Source: Mobula birostris (lineage: Eukaryota). From it: DNA of 64,000 nucleotides. Below are positions 44,447 through 57,200 of the stretch, one piece after another (positions within the stretch are counted from its first letter, which is position 1; every line of letters starts with the position of its first letter). The stretch is taken from assembly GCF_030028105.1 (NCBI RefSeq), contig NC_092385.1, forward strand, positions 24,890,774 through 24,954,773. The letters run 5' to 3'. The notes beneath the pieces are model-generated. The model was not told the origin of the DNA and did no database searches. It saw only the letters and a list, made by a program, of their open reading frames with translations. A program made the translations under genes and the position numbers.

Positions 44447-45558
44447 CCGGCACCGCGACGCGTCTCTTACCAGCAGCAAGGACCCCGCCGGCAGCCCGCT
44501 TCCGCCTGCCGCAAAACACAAACAAAACTACCTCTTACTCAATGCTGGGCAAAACGCACACAGAAAATACGTTCATAGTTCGAATAAAAATGTTACAATC
44601 TGCAAAGTAATAGTCTTTTTGACTTTAAAAGCTGTAGAACTCTAGTCCCGCCTTTTACTGAACATAATTGGCTGATTGTGTTGATACCCATCGCTGATTG
44701 GGAACCATCGCCGTCAATCAGAGGGAATACACTCTCTTCGCTGGCAGAGTGCTTTGAATCCCATTCAGAACTCCGGGCAGTGCACCCAGCAGCGGAGCTA
44801 TTTATAAATGGAAGTCTATCGCATTCAGTGCTTAATATTTTCGCTTCTCATAAAGTTTTCAATGATGAATGAAGAAACAGTGCCCGTTATAATGTGGTCA
44901 ACAGCAGAGTAAGTGTATACTTTCAAGATGCAAGCTATGTAACTTGTACAAGTGATTTCCAAGTATTTTACCAACATATCTCCATAGATTTCTGACGTGT
45001 TGAGTGTAATTATTGCGGTTTACAAAGAAAACAAAATCAGTGTCATATTTTATTCTAAATGGACAGGGAATAGTAAAGTGAACATTTTATTCCACTTACG
45101 GTTTGCTGTCCAAGTGACCATATGCTGACCGGATTAACCTTTAAGAGTTTCATAAAAAGCGAGATTAATACTGTAAACGCAAAGAAACTATTTAGGTTAT
45201 CAATTATTGTAATAAAGACTTTGAAAATGAATATAGATTTAATATGAAGTTCGAATCACTTATTATTTTATTATTATCTATTTTTGGAATGTTCGTTTAA
45301 TTCCGTGTTTTAATCCCCTAACTAGTCCTTCTGCCTTGTCGATTCCAGGAATAGCAGTTAAATAAAACAGCAAATCCTTTAAATGCACCGGTGACAGGAT
45401 CCACATCAGAACTGGTAATCCCTTGTGGGAACCATTGGGTACAGCTGGTGATTTCTAATATTTGTTCTTTTTATTTTCTGATTTTAACTCGACTTTGAAT
45501 GGAAAATGGGGGCGGGGGGTGTATAGAGTATCTGCTTGCTTCTATTTTGAACGGAACT

Positions 45559-45647
45559 ATGCAGACCTATGTACTATATTTTCTAATTACGAGTTTAATC
45601 TGGAGGCCCAGCGGGGCTGTACAGATGGGACTTGGCCGATCAGGCAG
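45559..45647 (+). CDS. Candidate signal-peptide exon 1 of the Ac45-family gene (MQTYVLYFLITSLIWRPSGAVQMGLGRSG)
   Basis: Hydrophobic N-terminus with S-G-A cleavage-like end; donor AG|gtcatt gives phase 2, matching exon 48090, but the donor is weak. Confidence 0.45.
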
Positions 45648-46289
45648 GTCATTGTGGACATGTGAGTTCTTTAATCTTGTATTAGGCATTCGGAGATGTC
45701 AGTTGTGGTTGTGAGGCAGTGGCCCGACACTCTTAGACAGAGTTGCATCTTCCAGTTCCCGATTTGACTGCGTGGCTAGCTCCTATGCTCAATACAGGAG
45801 ATACAAAACGCATATTTGGTAACCCGGTAAACATATTTTTTTTTAAATTATACACCCATATCTACAGTTTAGTGGTAAGTTACCTTTCTATAATTGTCCT
45901 CGCACCAGAATATACAATGTACGCCCGTTCTATCAATTTTATTTTTATCATAATTGCTGAATAAAGTGTTTTGGCTCCTGTCGGACTATGCAATTTGTTC
46001 ATAGATGGGTTTAATTCGTGGATAAATAAACACGGTAAATATTCGAACCAAAAATAATCAGGGAGTAAGACAAAAGCTGTTTCATTTATGCTTGCCCGAC
46101 TACCATTTATTTCAATCACTAATCTCAATTGACCATTTCCCACATAATCCCGATAACATCCAGGATACAGAGTTTTGGTTTTAACTGAATAAAATATATT
46201 TCTGCAGCAGGACCTGAATATATCATTGTTAAAAAATAAGTTCAACCTTAATATAAATAACCGGTATATAAATGACCTGGATGAAAATG

Positions 46290-47615
46290 GTCAGGTCGGT
46301 AAATTTGCAGATAAGACTGTTGGTGTTGTGGATGGTGTAGAAGACTGGCAACGAACACAGAGGGATGTAGATCAATTGTAGATATGGATGGAGAAATGGC
46401 AGATGGAGTTTAACCCGATCAAATGTGAAGTATTGCACAGCTTGGTGGATCAAATGTAAAGAGACTGTACAGTGTAACGGGCAAGACGCTTAACAGTGTT
46501 AGTGAGCATGTGGATCTCCGGGTAAGGTTCATAACTCCCGGAGAATGGCTGTGAAGGTTGATAGGGTGGTTGAGAAGGCATGTGGCCTTGAGTTCAAAAG
46601 TCAGGAAGTTCTGATGTAGCGTTATAAATCTCTAGTTATATTGAGCATTGCGTACAGTCTGGTTGCCTCCTTATAGGAAGGATGTCGAGGCTTTGGAGAA
46701 GGTGCAGAAGAGGTTTACCAGGATAGTCATACTTTACTGATCCCGGGGGAAATTGGTTTTCGTTACAGTCGCACCATAAATAATAAATAGTAATAGAACC
46801 AAAAATAGTTAAACAGTAATATGTAAATTATGACAGTAAATTATGAAATAAATCCAGGACCAGCCTATTGGCTCAGGGTGTCTTTGTTCCACATCCTATT
46901 GTCAGCTCCCTTCTCGCAATTTTTCTTACATGCTTTCTAATCAGAATGGGAGCGAGTACATTTGATAATGAAGTTACTGAATTAATAACACCAAGAAGAG
47001 CTGGAATGTTATTATTGAGTATAAGAACTGGAATGTTATGATGAGGTTGTATAAGGCATTGGTGAGGCTGAATCTGGAGTATTGTGTTCAGTTTTGGTCA
47101 CCAAATTACAGGAAGGATATAAATAAGATTGAAAGAGTACAGAGAAGTTTTACAAGGATGTTGCCAGGACTTGAGAAACTCAGTTACAGAGAAAGGTTGA
47201 ATAGGTTAGGACTTTATTCCCTGGAGCATAGAAGAATGAGGGGAGATTTGATAGAGGTATGTAAAATTATGATGGGTATAGATAGAGCGAATGCAAGCAG
47301 GCTTTTTCCACTGAGGCAAGGGGAGAAAAAAAACCAGAGGACATGGGTTAAGGGTGAGGGGGGAAAAGTTTAAAGGGAACATTGGGGGGGGGGCTTCTTC
47401 ACACAGAGAGTGGTGAGAGTATGGAATGAGCTGTCAGACGAGGTGGTAAATGCGGGTTCTTCTTTTAACATTTAAGAATAAATTGGACAGATACATGGAT
47501 GGGAGGTGTATGGAGAGATATGGTCCGTGTGCAGGTCGGTGGGACTAGGCAGAAAATGGTTCGGCACAGCCAAGAAGGGCCAAAAGGCCTGTTTCTGTGC
47601 TGTAATTTCTATGGT
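46290..47615 (+). mobile_element. CR1 LINE 3' fragments
   Basis: LYKALVRLNLEYCVQFWSPNYRKDINKIERVQR...RRMRGDLIEV; tttctatgg tail. Confidence 0.85.
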
Positions 47616-48089
47616 AAACTGGAATTCGAGACATTGTGGCCGGGAGTTAACAATCTGGTTTTGACGAGCATTATTTCTGCAAGATGCACAATTAAGAATC
47701 AAAAAATCTCTATGTGACTGTTCAATCTGGGAAAGGGACAAAATATTTCGCTGTGATGTAATATCAGGAACACTGGCACTGAAACAATGTTCAAAAACAA
47801 ACGAAAAAAATAAACGCACTTCTTTGGGCTGAATATTTAGCAGCTCCTTAACTGAATTTATCTTTCAGATCTAATTTGACCGTGTAAATACATAAATTGT
47901 TATTCTGTGGTAAATTAATTGACTGGCAAGCATCCTGCCACTAGATGTCGCACTGATGTCCTGGTTGAAATGCTATTTGATGACTTCAGTTAACCGGCAA
48001 TTTTTCCCACCCGACTTCCCAATGCGGGACTGTAACTGTTCTATTTCCGGGTTTGATAAGAATGTGTGGTTTCCTTCAATTTTACATAG

Positions 48090-48216
48090 AGCCTTGTGGA
48101 AAACTGTGGAGAATGGACACAGAGAGCACAATAAAGAGGTATCAGAACTATCCTGGTATCTCAATCCTGTATTCAACAGAAGTCAGAAGAAAGTGATACT
48201 GTTCTGGCTGGACACG
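48090..48216 (+). CDS. ATP6AP1L: Ac45-family exon 2 (ALWKTVENGH...VILFWLDT)
   Basis: tttacatag|A GCC...ACG|gtaaat; 127 nt. Confidence 0.8.
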
Positions 48217-51200
48217 GTAAATGATACAAAAATTGTTAAACTGTTTTAAAGCTAGTTTAAATAAAGGAAATAAGTATCATGCTGCAATACTTTAAAGGCG
48301 CAAGAAGGTACGTGCTTATAGCCAGTCCGACTCCCAGAGCCAGAATCTTGAGGATTATATGCTGCAATATCTACCCACACCTTCTGATGCAGTTAGACCT
48401 ATAGAACACTTGGCAGTCAGTTCCACAACAAACATTACGGTAGCCTTTGGGGTATATCATTAAAATATAAATGCACGAGTTTAAAAACTGAAACAAAAAA
48501 GATATCAGGTCAGGCAGTATCTGTGGAATAAGACCTGAAATATCAAACGTCTTCACCGTTTTCTGCTTTCCCTTTTCAAATAGTACTGAAATATCTCTCT
48601 GAAATCCATCTTCAAATTTCAAAACCATAAATCAAGATACTGTACTTTTTTAAAAAAAGAGATACAGCGCAGAATAGGCTCTTTGAACTGCTCCGCCAGC
48701 ATCCAACACATTTAACTCTAACCTAATCAGGGGACAATTTACAATGACCAATTCACCTACCAACCGGTGGGTCTTCGTACTGTGGGAGAAAGCCCCTGCA
48801 TGCCACGGGGAAGACGTCCTTACGGAGGACGCCGGCATTGAACTCCAACGCCCCAGCTGTAACGGCGTCGCGCTAAAACCTCTACACTACAGCGGCGCCC
48901 GTATTTACCTACATAATTCAGCAAATGTGTTCGAGGTGATACACCATCTTCCCAAGGCCAAATGTTCCCAGCCTTCAGAGTCTTTCTTCTCACCTCAAGC
49001 AGCAAAGTCAGGTTACTCTTTTATAATAGCGCTCAGATGTGTACATTGTGCTTCAGATGGGCTAAGACTTTAGTTACATCTGTAATTATTTAATGTGATA
49101 GTTTTTCTGCTCCCCAAGATACAATATACTTCCAAATTCTTGATTTCAGTAAAAATCGGAAACAATACCAATGAATGTAGACACACATATTGAATTTATA
49201 ACGGCTTCAATATAATTCAATATGTTTAAAAAAACAAAGATGTCACAATGGGGCGTTGGGAACGGACCCAAATGCAAGACACAGACACTGAAGTGCAAGG
49301 AACAGGACTTGACCAGAGTAGGGAAGTGACGGGATTCAGACCGGGAGCAGGGACAAGAACGCAGAGTTGGGCTAGGGAAGGCAGGACCAGGACTAGGAAC
49401 CATGGACTAGGAGACAAGGCTTGGACTCTGAGCCCAAGACTGGACAAGGACCCAGAACCTGGGTCTTGCCTCTGGCTCAGACCCCAGAACCAGGCAAGGA
49501 CATAACATGGCTTCAGGACAGGATGTGGCTGGGGTCTAGAGGCCTGAGCTTGGAGACAGGCTGGGGTCTTTGCTCTTGAGGCTTGAGGCTGGGGACTTCA
49601 GGCTTGTGTTCTTGGAGCTTGGCTTGGGATCCTGGAGGCTAGTGTTCTTGGAGCTTAGAGACAGACTGGGAACCAAACATCAATGTAGGGCTGGGACTTA
49701 TCCTTCAACAAGCCAGGACTCATCTTTAACATGACACTAACATGAGACAGGACACAACATAGACATAGAGCCAGGACTTATCCTAAGACAAGCCAGGACT
49801 CAACTTCATCTCCACACCAAGGTGGGACAGGTTCCTCCATCAGGTAACAGCAGAACAGCCAGACTTACTCAACAGAGGCAAGGACAAGACAGATCGCCCC
49901 ACAGGGCAACAGCAAAACAGCCTGGCTTACCCCACAGAAGCAAGGACAAGAAGAGACAAACACCAGAGAACAACAGAGTTCCATCTCTGCTCCAGGGAAG
50001 CTCTGAGTCTCAGTTCAGCCAGAAACCTCAGCTGGCTACAGAAGCAGCCGGATCCCTACCTAGCTCAGAGTAGCTGGCAACCACTCAGATGGCCCAGGAA
50101 ACAGCCAAATCCATACCACAAAGACAGTTCCAACTACCAACAGCAAGGCTCCATGAAGCAATGGTTCTCCAACATGGCCTGAAGGTGACAAGTGGCCACA
50201 CTAGCCTTCCACCAGTAGGTTACTCCCAGGGGAACTGATGAGACAGACCAGCAGCTCACACTCAACCCCAAGGCTACTTGTATTCCAAGCCCCAAGATGG
50301 GAATCAGGTGCCTATGCTTAACTCAACCAAACGAGGGACAGCTGGAAGACCCAGAGTACTGAGTCCACAGGCCGGACCGTGAACCAGAATGCGGACTTCA
50401 CGGACTGGATCATGACAAAAGATTATACACTTAGCCTCATTAGTACAAACTTAAACATTGAAGAACACGCTATTTTAATCACAAACAAGAAAAAAATCTA
50501 CAGATGCTGGAAAGCCGGCATTTTGTGTGTGTACAATATTTTAATGTTGATTTTAATAATTTGATCAATATTACGCTGTAATGAAATAATAAATGTAATA
50601 TAAAATATTTCTACAAAATTCCAACAATTATAATTTTGAACTAGGAATGGGATGTGTTCCACTAATTCCCACCTTATGCTTCCCTGTGACAATGCAGATG
50701 CGTTTTGAAATTAGAAAACAAAAACAGAGAACACATCTAATTCCCAGTGCTACGTACAAACACGAGCTGTCAGTAGGTAAACCAACAGTTAATTTCATGA
50801 AAGACTGGGCACAAAGGAATAAGCATATTTCTTACTTGAAAATACCTTTACAACAGTCAACCTTTTTGAAATATGAAATCATATAATCCTGTGAAAAGGT
50901 GTTAGAAACATAGAAACATAGAAAATAGGTGCAGGAGTAGGCCATTCAGCCCTTCGAGCCTGCACCGCCATACAGTATGATCATGGCTGATCATCCAACT
51001 CAGAACCCTGTACCTGCCTTCCCCCAATACCCCCTGATCCCTTTAGCCACAAGGGCCATATCTAACTCCCTCTTAAATATAGCCAATGAACTGGCCTCAA
51101 CTGTTTCCTGTGGCAGAGGATTCCACAGATTCACCACTCTCGTGTTGGGTGCCTAAGACTTTTGCACAGTGCTGTCTTTGTCAATATCGAGCAGAGAGCA

Positions 51201-54200
51201 AGTTTGTAAATCTGGCAGGAGCAAAGGATGTTGGGAATGGCGGAGGGGTATGGGACAGGTGGCAGAGAAGCCGTGCCAGGGCAGGGAGTGAAGTGGAGGA
51301 AGACACACCCCGCCCTGAGACCCCAGTTCATAAGGCCATAAGACAAAGGAACAGAATTAGGCCATTCAGCCCATCGAGTCCACTCTGCCATTTCATCACC
51401 GCTGATCCCAGAACCCATTCAACCCCATACACCTGCCCTCTCACCATATCCCTTGATGCCCCGATCAATCTGTAATCTATTATGATCACTTGCTCCTTGG
51501 GGTTCTTTTACTTTAAGCTTTCTAATCAATTCTGGTTCATTGTACAACACCCACAGTCAATGTCTTTTGATTCCAAATGATTGGTTATTTGATCATTACA
51601 GAATGTCTCTCTGATGCTTCCTGCCCCCGCCCTCTTCCCCTCACCTTTTTCCCAACCATGATTCCCCCCTTCTCACTCTCTGTCCACAATAGAGACCCAT
51701 AGAGAATCGGGTTTATCATCACTCACATATGTCATGAAATTTGTCTTTTTTATATATACATCTAAGAATTTTGCACAAAACTTCGTATCTAACTTTCTAA
51801 TTCAAAGGTGCTTTTTGGTGTTGTCAGTTGTGGACTTGTGTGTTAAAACATGTATGTCATTCTACACCTGGTATCCAAAGTAATCAAGTTATATTGTAAT
51901 AACTGATTTAATATTTATCAACTAAATGATTCATTCAAAGTGCACATTTTGCACCAAATTATGAACACCGAGTTAATTGCTTATGTTCAAAAAGAAATGA
52001 AAATCTATGTTCTATTTCAACATTTCAACCTTGTATTTTCAGCTGAACACCAACGATATTATGAATTCTGATGCCAGTTTGGCCCACACATTTTCTAACA
52101 TTCAGGTATGATAGATCCTATTTCATGATCATATTATCAAATTTACTTGGTTTATTTATTACAACAAAGCATGAAGTGATCAAGATTTTTTTTAGGTAAT
52201 ATGTTTTCATCTCTGGACCTGAAAGGAAAGATTAAATTGTGAATAATATTCAGAGCTTAACGAATAACTCAGAAATTAATTTTATTACTGCTTTTATAAG
52301 GACCAATTTATTGGGAAATGTGGAATTTATTTTTTAGTACTGATTAAATGCACAATGAGTAATATACTGGCCATAATTCATAAGCTTTGAATTCACAATA
52401 TTGAATGTCTTCCACTGTAGCTAAGCAGAGAATAATTAACTAGAATGTAATGCTTATTTCCTTTCCACTTCCCCAAACTTCTCATTGAATTTTTTTTGGT
52501 TAAATTTATTCTTGAGGTATGCCCCTTGCATGGTGGTGGTGAATCACTCCTAAAAGTACTAAACTGCTCCCAATAAAGGCCCTTCTACAATGGGAGTGTT
52601 GCAGGACTAAGACCTGATGATGAAGTAACTACGTCAATGACATTATATATCTGAATCAGGATGGTGGTCCATCTGCAGCCCTTTAGCCTTCTCTGCTGTA
52701 GGTCACAGGTCTGGAAGGTGCTGTCGGATCAGCCCAGATGAATAACTAGACATCTTTGTAGAGCACAGCCCCAATGGCGCATTGCTGATGAAGGAATGAA
52801 TAATTAGTGTGGTTTATGAGAAACCAATTATTGCACCAGTTGGTCCTGTAAACTGTTGAAAGTACTTGAGTGTTATTGGATTTTCATTCATTCAGGCACG
52901 TGGAAAGTGTTCTACCATGCTCCTTCCTGTGTCTGTGATATCGTTGTTCCCCTCCGCGCCTTGTGGCGCATCAGGTGGCAAGTTTGCCGTTTCTTTAGCA
53001 TTTTGTCTTTTTTTACGAGGCCGAGTTGGTAGCTTGAAGAGTAACCCAGCACAGATGGAAAGTGTGCAAGGATCCGGCCAGATTCAAACCCAGGACTCGT
53101 CTCGAAGTCTGGTGCTGATGCCACTACACCCCCAGCTGGCTTCCTGTATCTTATAAATAATGAAAATGGGGAGATGACTGATTTTGCGCAGCCTCTGATT
53201 TGCTCTGGCTGACTAAGTTACTGCTTATTGTAGACTCCCAGGATGTTGATAGTGGGAATCGAAGCAATGGTTTGCCCATCGAAGTCCAACTGCGGATGGT
53301 AATTGCCTAGATATTTTATGGCATGATTGTCACTTGTCTCTTACCAATCTGTACCTGACTGCCATGTGCTAAGTTTTCTGAGGAGTTGCGAATGTAATAG
53401 GACGGTGAACAACATGCCATTTCTGATCTTAAGGATGAAAGAATGGGCGAAAGGAAGGTCTGTAAAGATGGTTGCCCCTTGGACACTGCACCAAAGTACT
53501 CCTGCAGTTATGTCTGGACAAGATTGTGGTCAAATAGTTACATACAGGCTATACCCAGGTTACAAACACCTTGCTCACAGAAGCCTGCACATATAAATGA
53601 GCTCTATTCAAATGATCAAATGCAGAGTTCCAACATATATACATATATTCATTTCTATGAACCGCAGAACTAGCTTCCCCTCTCTCTCCACTTTTAATAA
53701 TTATTCTTTCTTAACAATCGTATGTGTTTTTGGTGCCATTCATTAAAATACAGTTGAGGTATGGTTATATTGGGTGATTTCTACATATTTTCTGACTATT
53801 TCTGCTGAGAGTGCCAGGAGAAGTTTTCACAGTTTGCCTTGCGTACTCAATTTTGAGTGACAATTCCTAGTTTTCCTAAGTTATTACGTGGTCTCTGTGG
53901 CATCTGTCATTTGAAAAGTATGAGGAAATTCTTCAGCCAGTTAGATAGAAGTATCTGCACTGAAACTTGCACAGTGCAATATTTTTCAACAGGAATTATA
54001 AATTATATCTAAATTATTATACATATCTTTTAACCAACATATACGATTAAGGATGATAGATAGATAAATAAATAAATAATGAAGTGTTAAAAAAACTTAA
54101 CTTTTACAGTTTAAAAGATCTCCCAATGTTAATTTTCCAGAGTCCTGAATAAGGGTCTCGACCCAAAACATCAACTGTTTATTCCCCTCCGCAGACGCTG

Positions 54201-57200
54201 CCTGACCTGCTGAGTTCCCCTGGCACTCTGTGTCTGTTGCTCAAGATTTCCAGCATCTGTAGAATCTCTTGTTTGGGTATGAGGATTGTTAGCCAAAGAC
54301 TCTAGGTTACAAGATCAATGGTAATATATTCAAGAAGTATCTACAATTACATACAAAAGTAATTAAAAAATGATTGTCAATAAAGAAACGATATAACTTT
54401 ATAAATTCAAGCTCATTTTTTTGTTTGTAGAATATTCTGGATTCTGCTCCATCTTCGATTGTCCTACCAGCCGTAAGCCAGCGTTGGACGTATCGGCTCC
54501 CTGAATACATGCACGAGAAGCTTGGAGGATATTCAGTATATGTAAATCAATTACCATTTTGGAATCCAGAAATGAACGGCACTAAACCGTTATTACTAAT
54601 AGTGAAATTACCGTTAACGTACAGGTAATGTAAATTTCTAAATGCACAATGGGCATGAGTTGGGTTAGAACTAAATGAAATGAGTTTACAGTATTTTGAT
54701 TCTTCCTGTGCTGCAACAATTTTCTTCCCTCTGGTCTTGAAGATGACAACTGAAGCTTCAGCACTATTTCACATCTACTTATAGCAAGTGAACCAACTGC
54801 AATGATTTTGCATCCTGTCGTACACTGGTAGCTCTGGATTTTGACAGGGGTTTATCTTTAACCCTCTTCTATTTCTCATAAATGTGCAGCATTATCCAAG
54901 GACGTGACATGTACACTGTTGGTGCTGAGAACTACCTCTCTGTAATTCCTGATTTACCATGTTGCTTGTCTGGAATCCATTCCTTGATTGCCAGAAGTTT
55001 CCTCACAACGGGCAAAGCATCCACTGTCCCGAGTCACGGCTGAGTGCCGGGGTGACCACACAGGCAATGCTGCCCCTTCCCCCCCCAACCCTGTCTTCCA
55101 CCCCCACCCCATCTCCCCAGTCCAGTGACAATGAGCTGATTAGTGACAGTGGCTGACAAGTTCAGGAGATTGGCATCAGATTCGTTGGCAATCTTTGTTC
55201 AATGTCTAGACGACACCCCATTCCCCCACCTCCCCCAGAGAGAAAATGTATTTTGAATCTTCTGAAACAGTAATTTGAAACTTTTATCTGGTAGAATGCT
55301 AAGCGATGTTAACATTGGGGAAAATTAAAGCTGTTTTACCCATTGTTTTCCTCCCTCTGATCATTTCCAGCCGGATACTGAACCATATTGCTTGCGGTTT
55401 GATATCCAATTTGATTCTGAAGTCAGCTTCCTCTCTATCACCAGGGCCCCCGACTCCCACCTCCATAACTTCACCTCTCATATACGATCAGAATCACAAT
55501 TATTTTCACTGGCATTAGCTCATGAAAGTTGTTTTGGGCTAGCAGTACAGAGCAGACATATTGAATTACTGTAAGTTATAGTAATAGATTGCTAGATAGA
55601 TAGTTAGTGCAAAACAGGAATAGTGAGGTAGTATTTAGGGGATCATGGACCATTCAGAACTCGAATGGCTGAGGGGAAGAAGCTGATCCTAAAACACTGA
55701 GTGTGGGTCTGCAGGCTCACAGATGATATGTCCTGGGTGGTGAAGGTCCTTAATGATGGATGCTGCCTCTTGAGGCACTGCCTTCTAAAGATAGCCTTGT
55801 TGGAGGGGAGGCTTGTGCTTGTGTTAGAGGTGGCTGAGTCTATAACATCTGAAGTCTTATGATCCTGTGCATTGGCATCTCTGTGCCAAACGGTGATGCA
55901 ACCAGTTAGAATGCTCTCCACAGTACATCTGTAGGAATTTACTAGAGTCTTTAGGGACATCCCAAATCTCCTCAAACTCCCAGTTCAGTATAGCCACCTC
56001 TTCAGCATGGTTGTATCCTCTAAGATGTTGATGCCCAGGTACTGTACTTGAAGTTATTCGCCCTTTCTATGGCTGAACCCTCAATGAGTGTGTGTTCTCT
56101 CTATGTCCCCTTCCTGAAGTCCACAATCAGTTGCTGACGTTGAGTGCAAAGTTGTTGATATGACGCCACTGGACTAGCCTGTCGGCATTATCAGTCTTTA
56201 AAGTCAGCACAGTTGAGATTGCAGACAACCCAGCGAGGGAATGTAGCAGAAGTCTCCATTGTCCGGCGAAGCTGAGAAACCGAGTTTGCCAAAGTGGGTT
56301 GCCAGTAAAACCGAAACAGGGGGCACTGAGACCCTCTCTCCCTACCATCCTCTTGACTATTGTACAATCCCTGGAAAGTAAAATTGAAGACCTCAGAGAA
56401 AGATCAGGGACATCAGGGATTGCTGTGTACTCTGCTTCACTGAGACACAGTTCATTCCGGACACAGTATTCTAGCCCAAGGGTTTCACATTTCACTACAT
56501 AGACCGGAGGGCAGAAGTTACAGCTTCTGTCTCAATCCAATCGTAGAGACAGTGTACTGGAAACTTCTGTTACAAGATTAATGAGCACACAAACTGGTGA
56601 TTCCAGATATAGATTTTTATCACTCTTTGTCGATAGAGCATGTTCTTACATTGTTTATTTTGAAGTAATTAATTTTCTTGTCTCTAATTATCAAATTTGG
56701 GATAATAGGTGTTAAATTTATATAATTGTTTATACTGATTAAACACAATATTCTTCTTCCAGATCTGCAGTGACAGCAGATATCAAAGTCCTAGCCGATG
56801 ATGGTAAGCTTTCTAATGAAAGGTGAACAACCCAAAATATTCACATTGCTTTCTCACTTTAGCCTGTAGCAGAGCAGCTCATAATTTCACAGTGTTTAGC
56901 ATTTACTTCAGGTGTCCAGTCTATTGCTTTTGTAAGCTTTTATTTGTTTGATAATTTAATGCTATTAAAATTGTAGACAGAAAAATTATCCAATAATTTT
57001 TGGCAACCAGATAGCCAAATAGCAGGGTGCATTATTGGTGTACAACGATTGAAAATGTCCAAAACGTTAATAATTGCCTTTCTTTTAGCATACTTGCTTT
57101 ATGTTTGTTTTATATAGAATCAGCTGAATTCTATAGATAAAGCAAACACTTTCCACCTCTTTTCAGAAATAGAAACTTTTTAGATTAAGATGGCCAGAGA

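Noticed and set aside
47956-48089. In-frame ATG upstream of Ac45 exon 2 (ORF 47956..48249)
   Set aside because: No signal peptide, and similarity starts only after the acceptor at 48089; most likely intronic open frame.
48830-48900. tRNA-like A/B boxes
   Set aside because: Head of a SINE; no full cloverleaf.
49270-49960. Short interspersed direct repeats resembling an array
   Set aside because: Irregular, degenerate units inside a solo LTR; no constant repeat/unique spacer structure, so not CRISPR.
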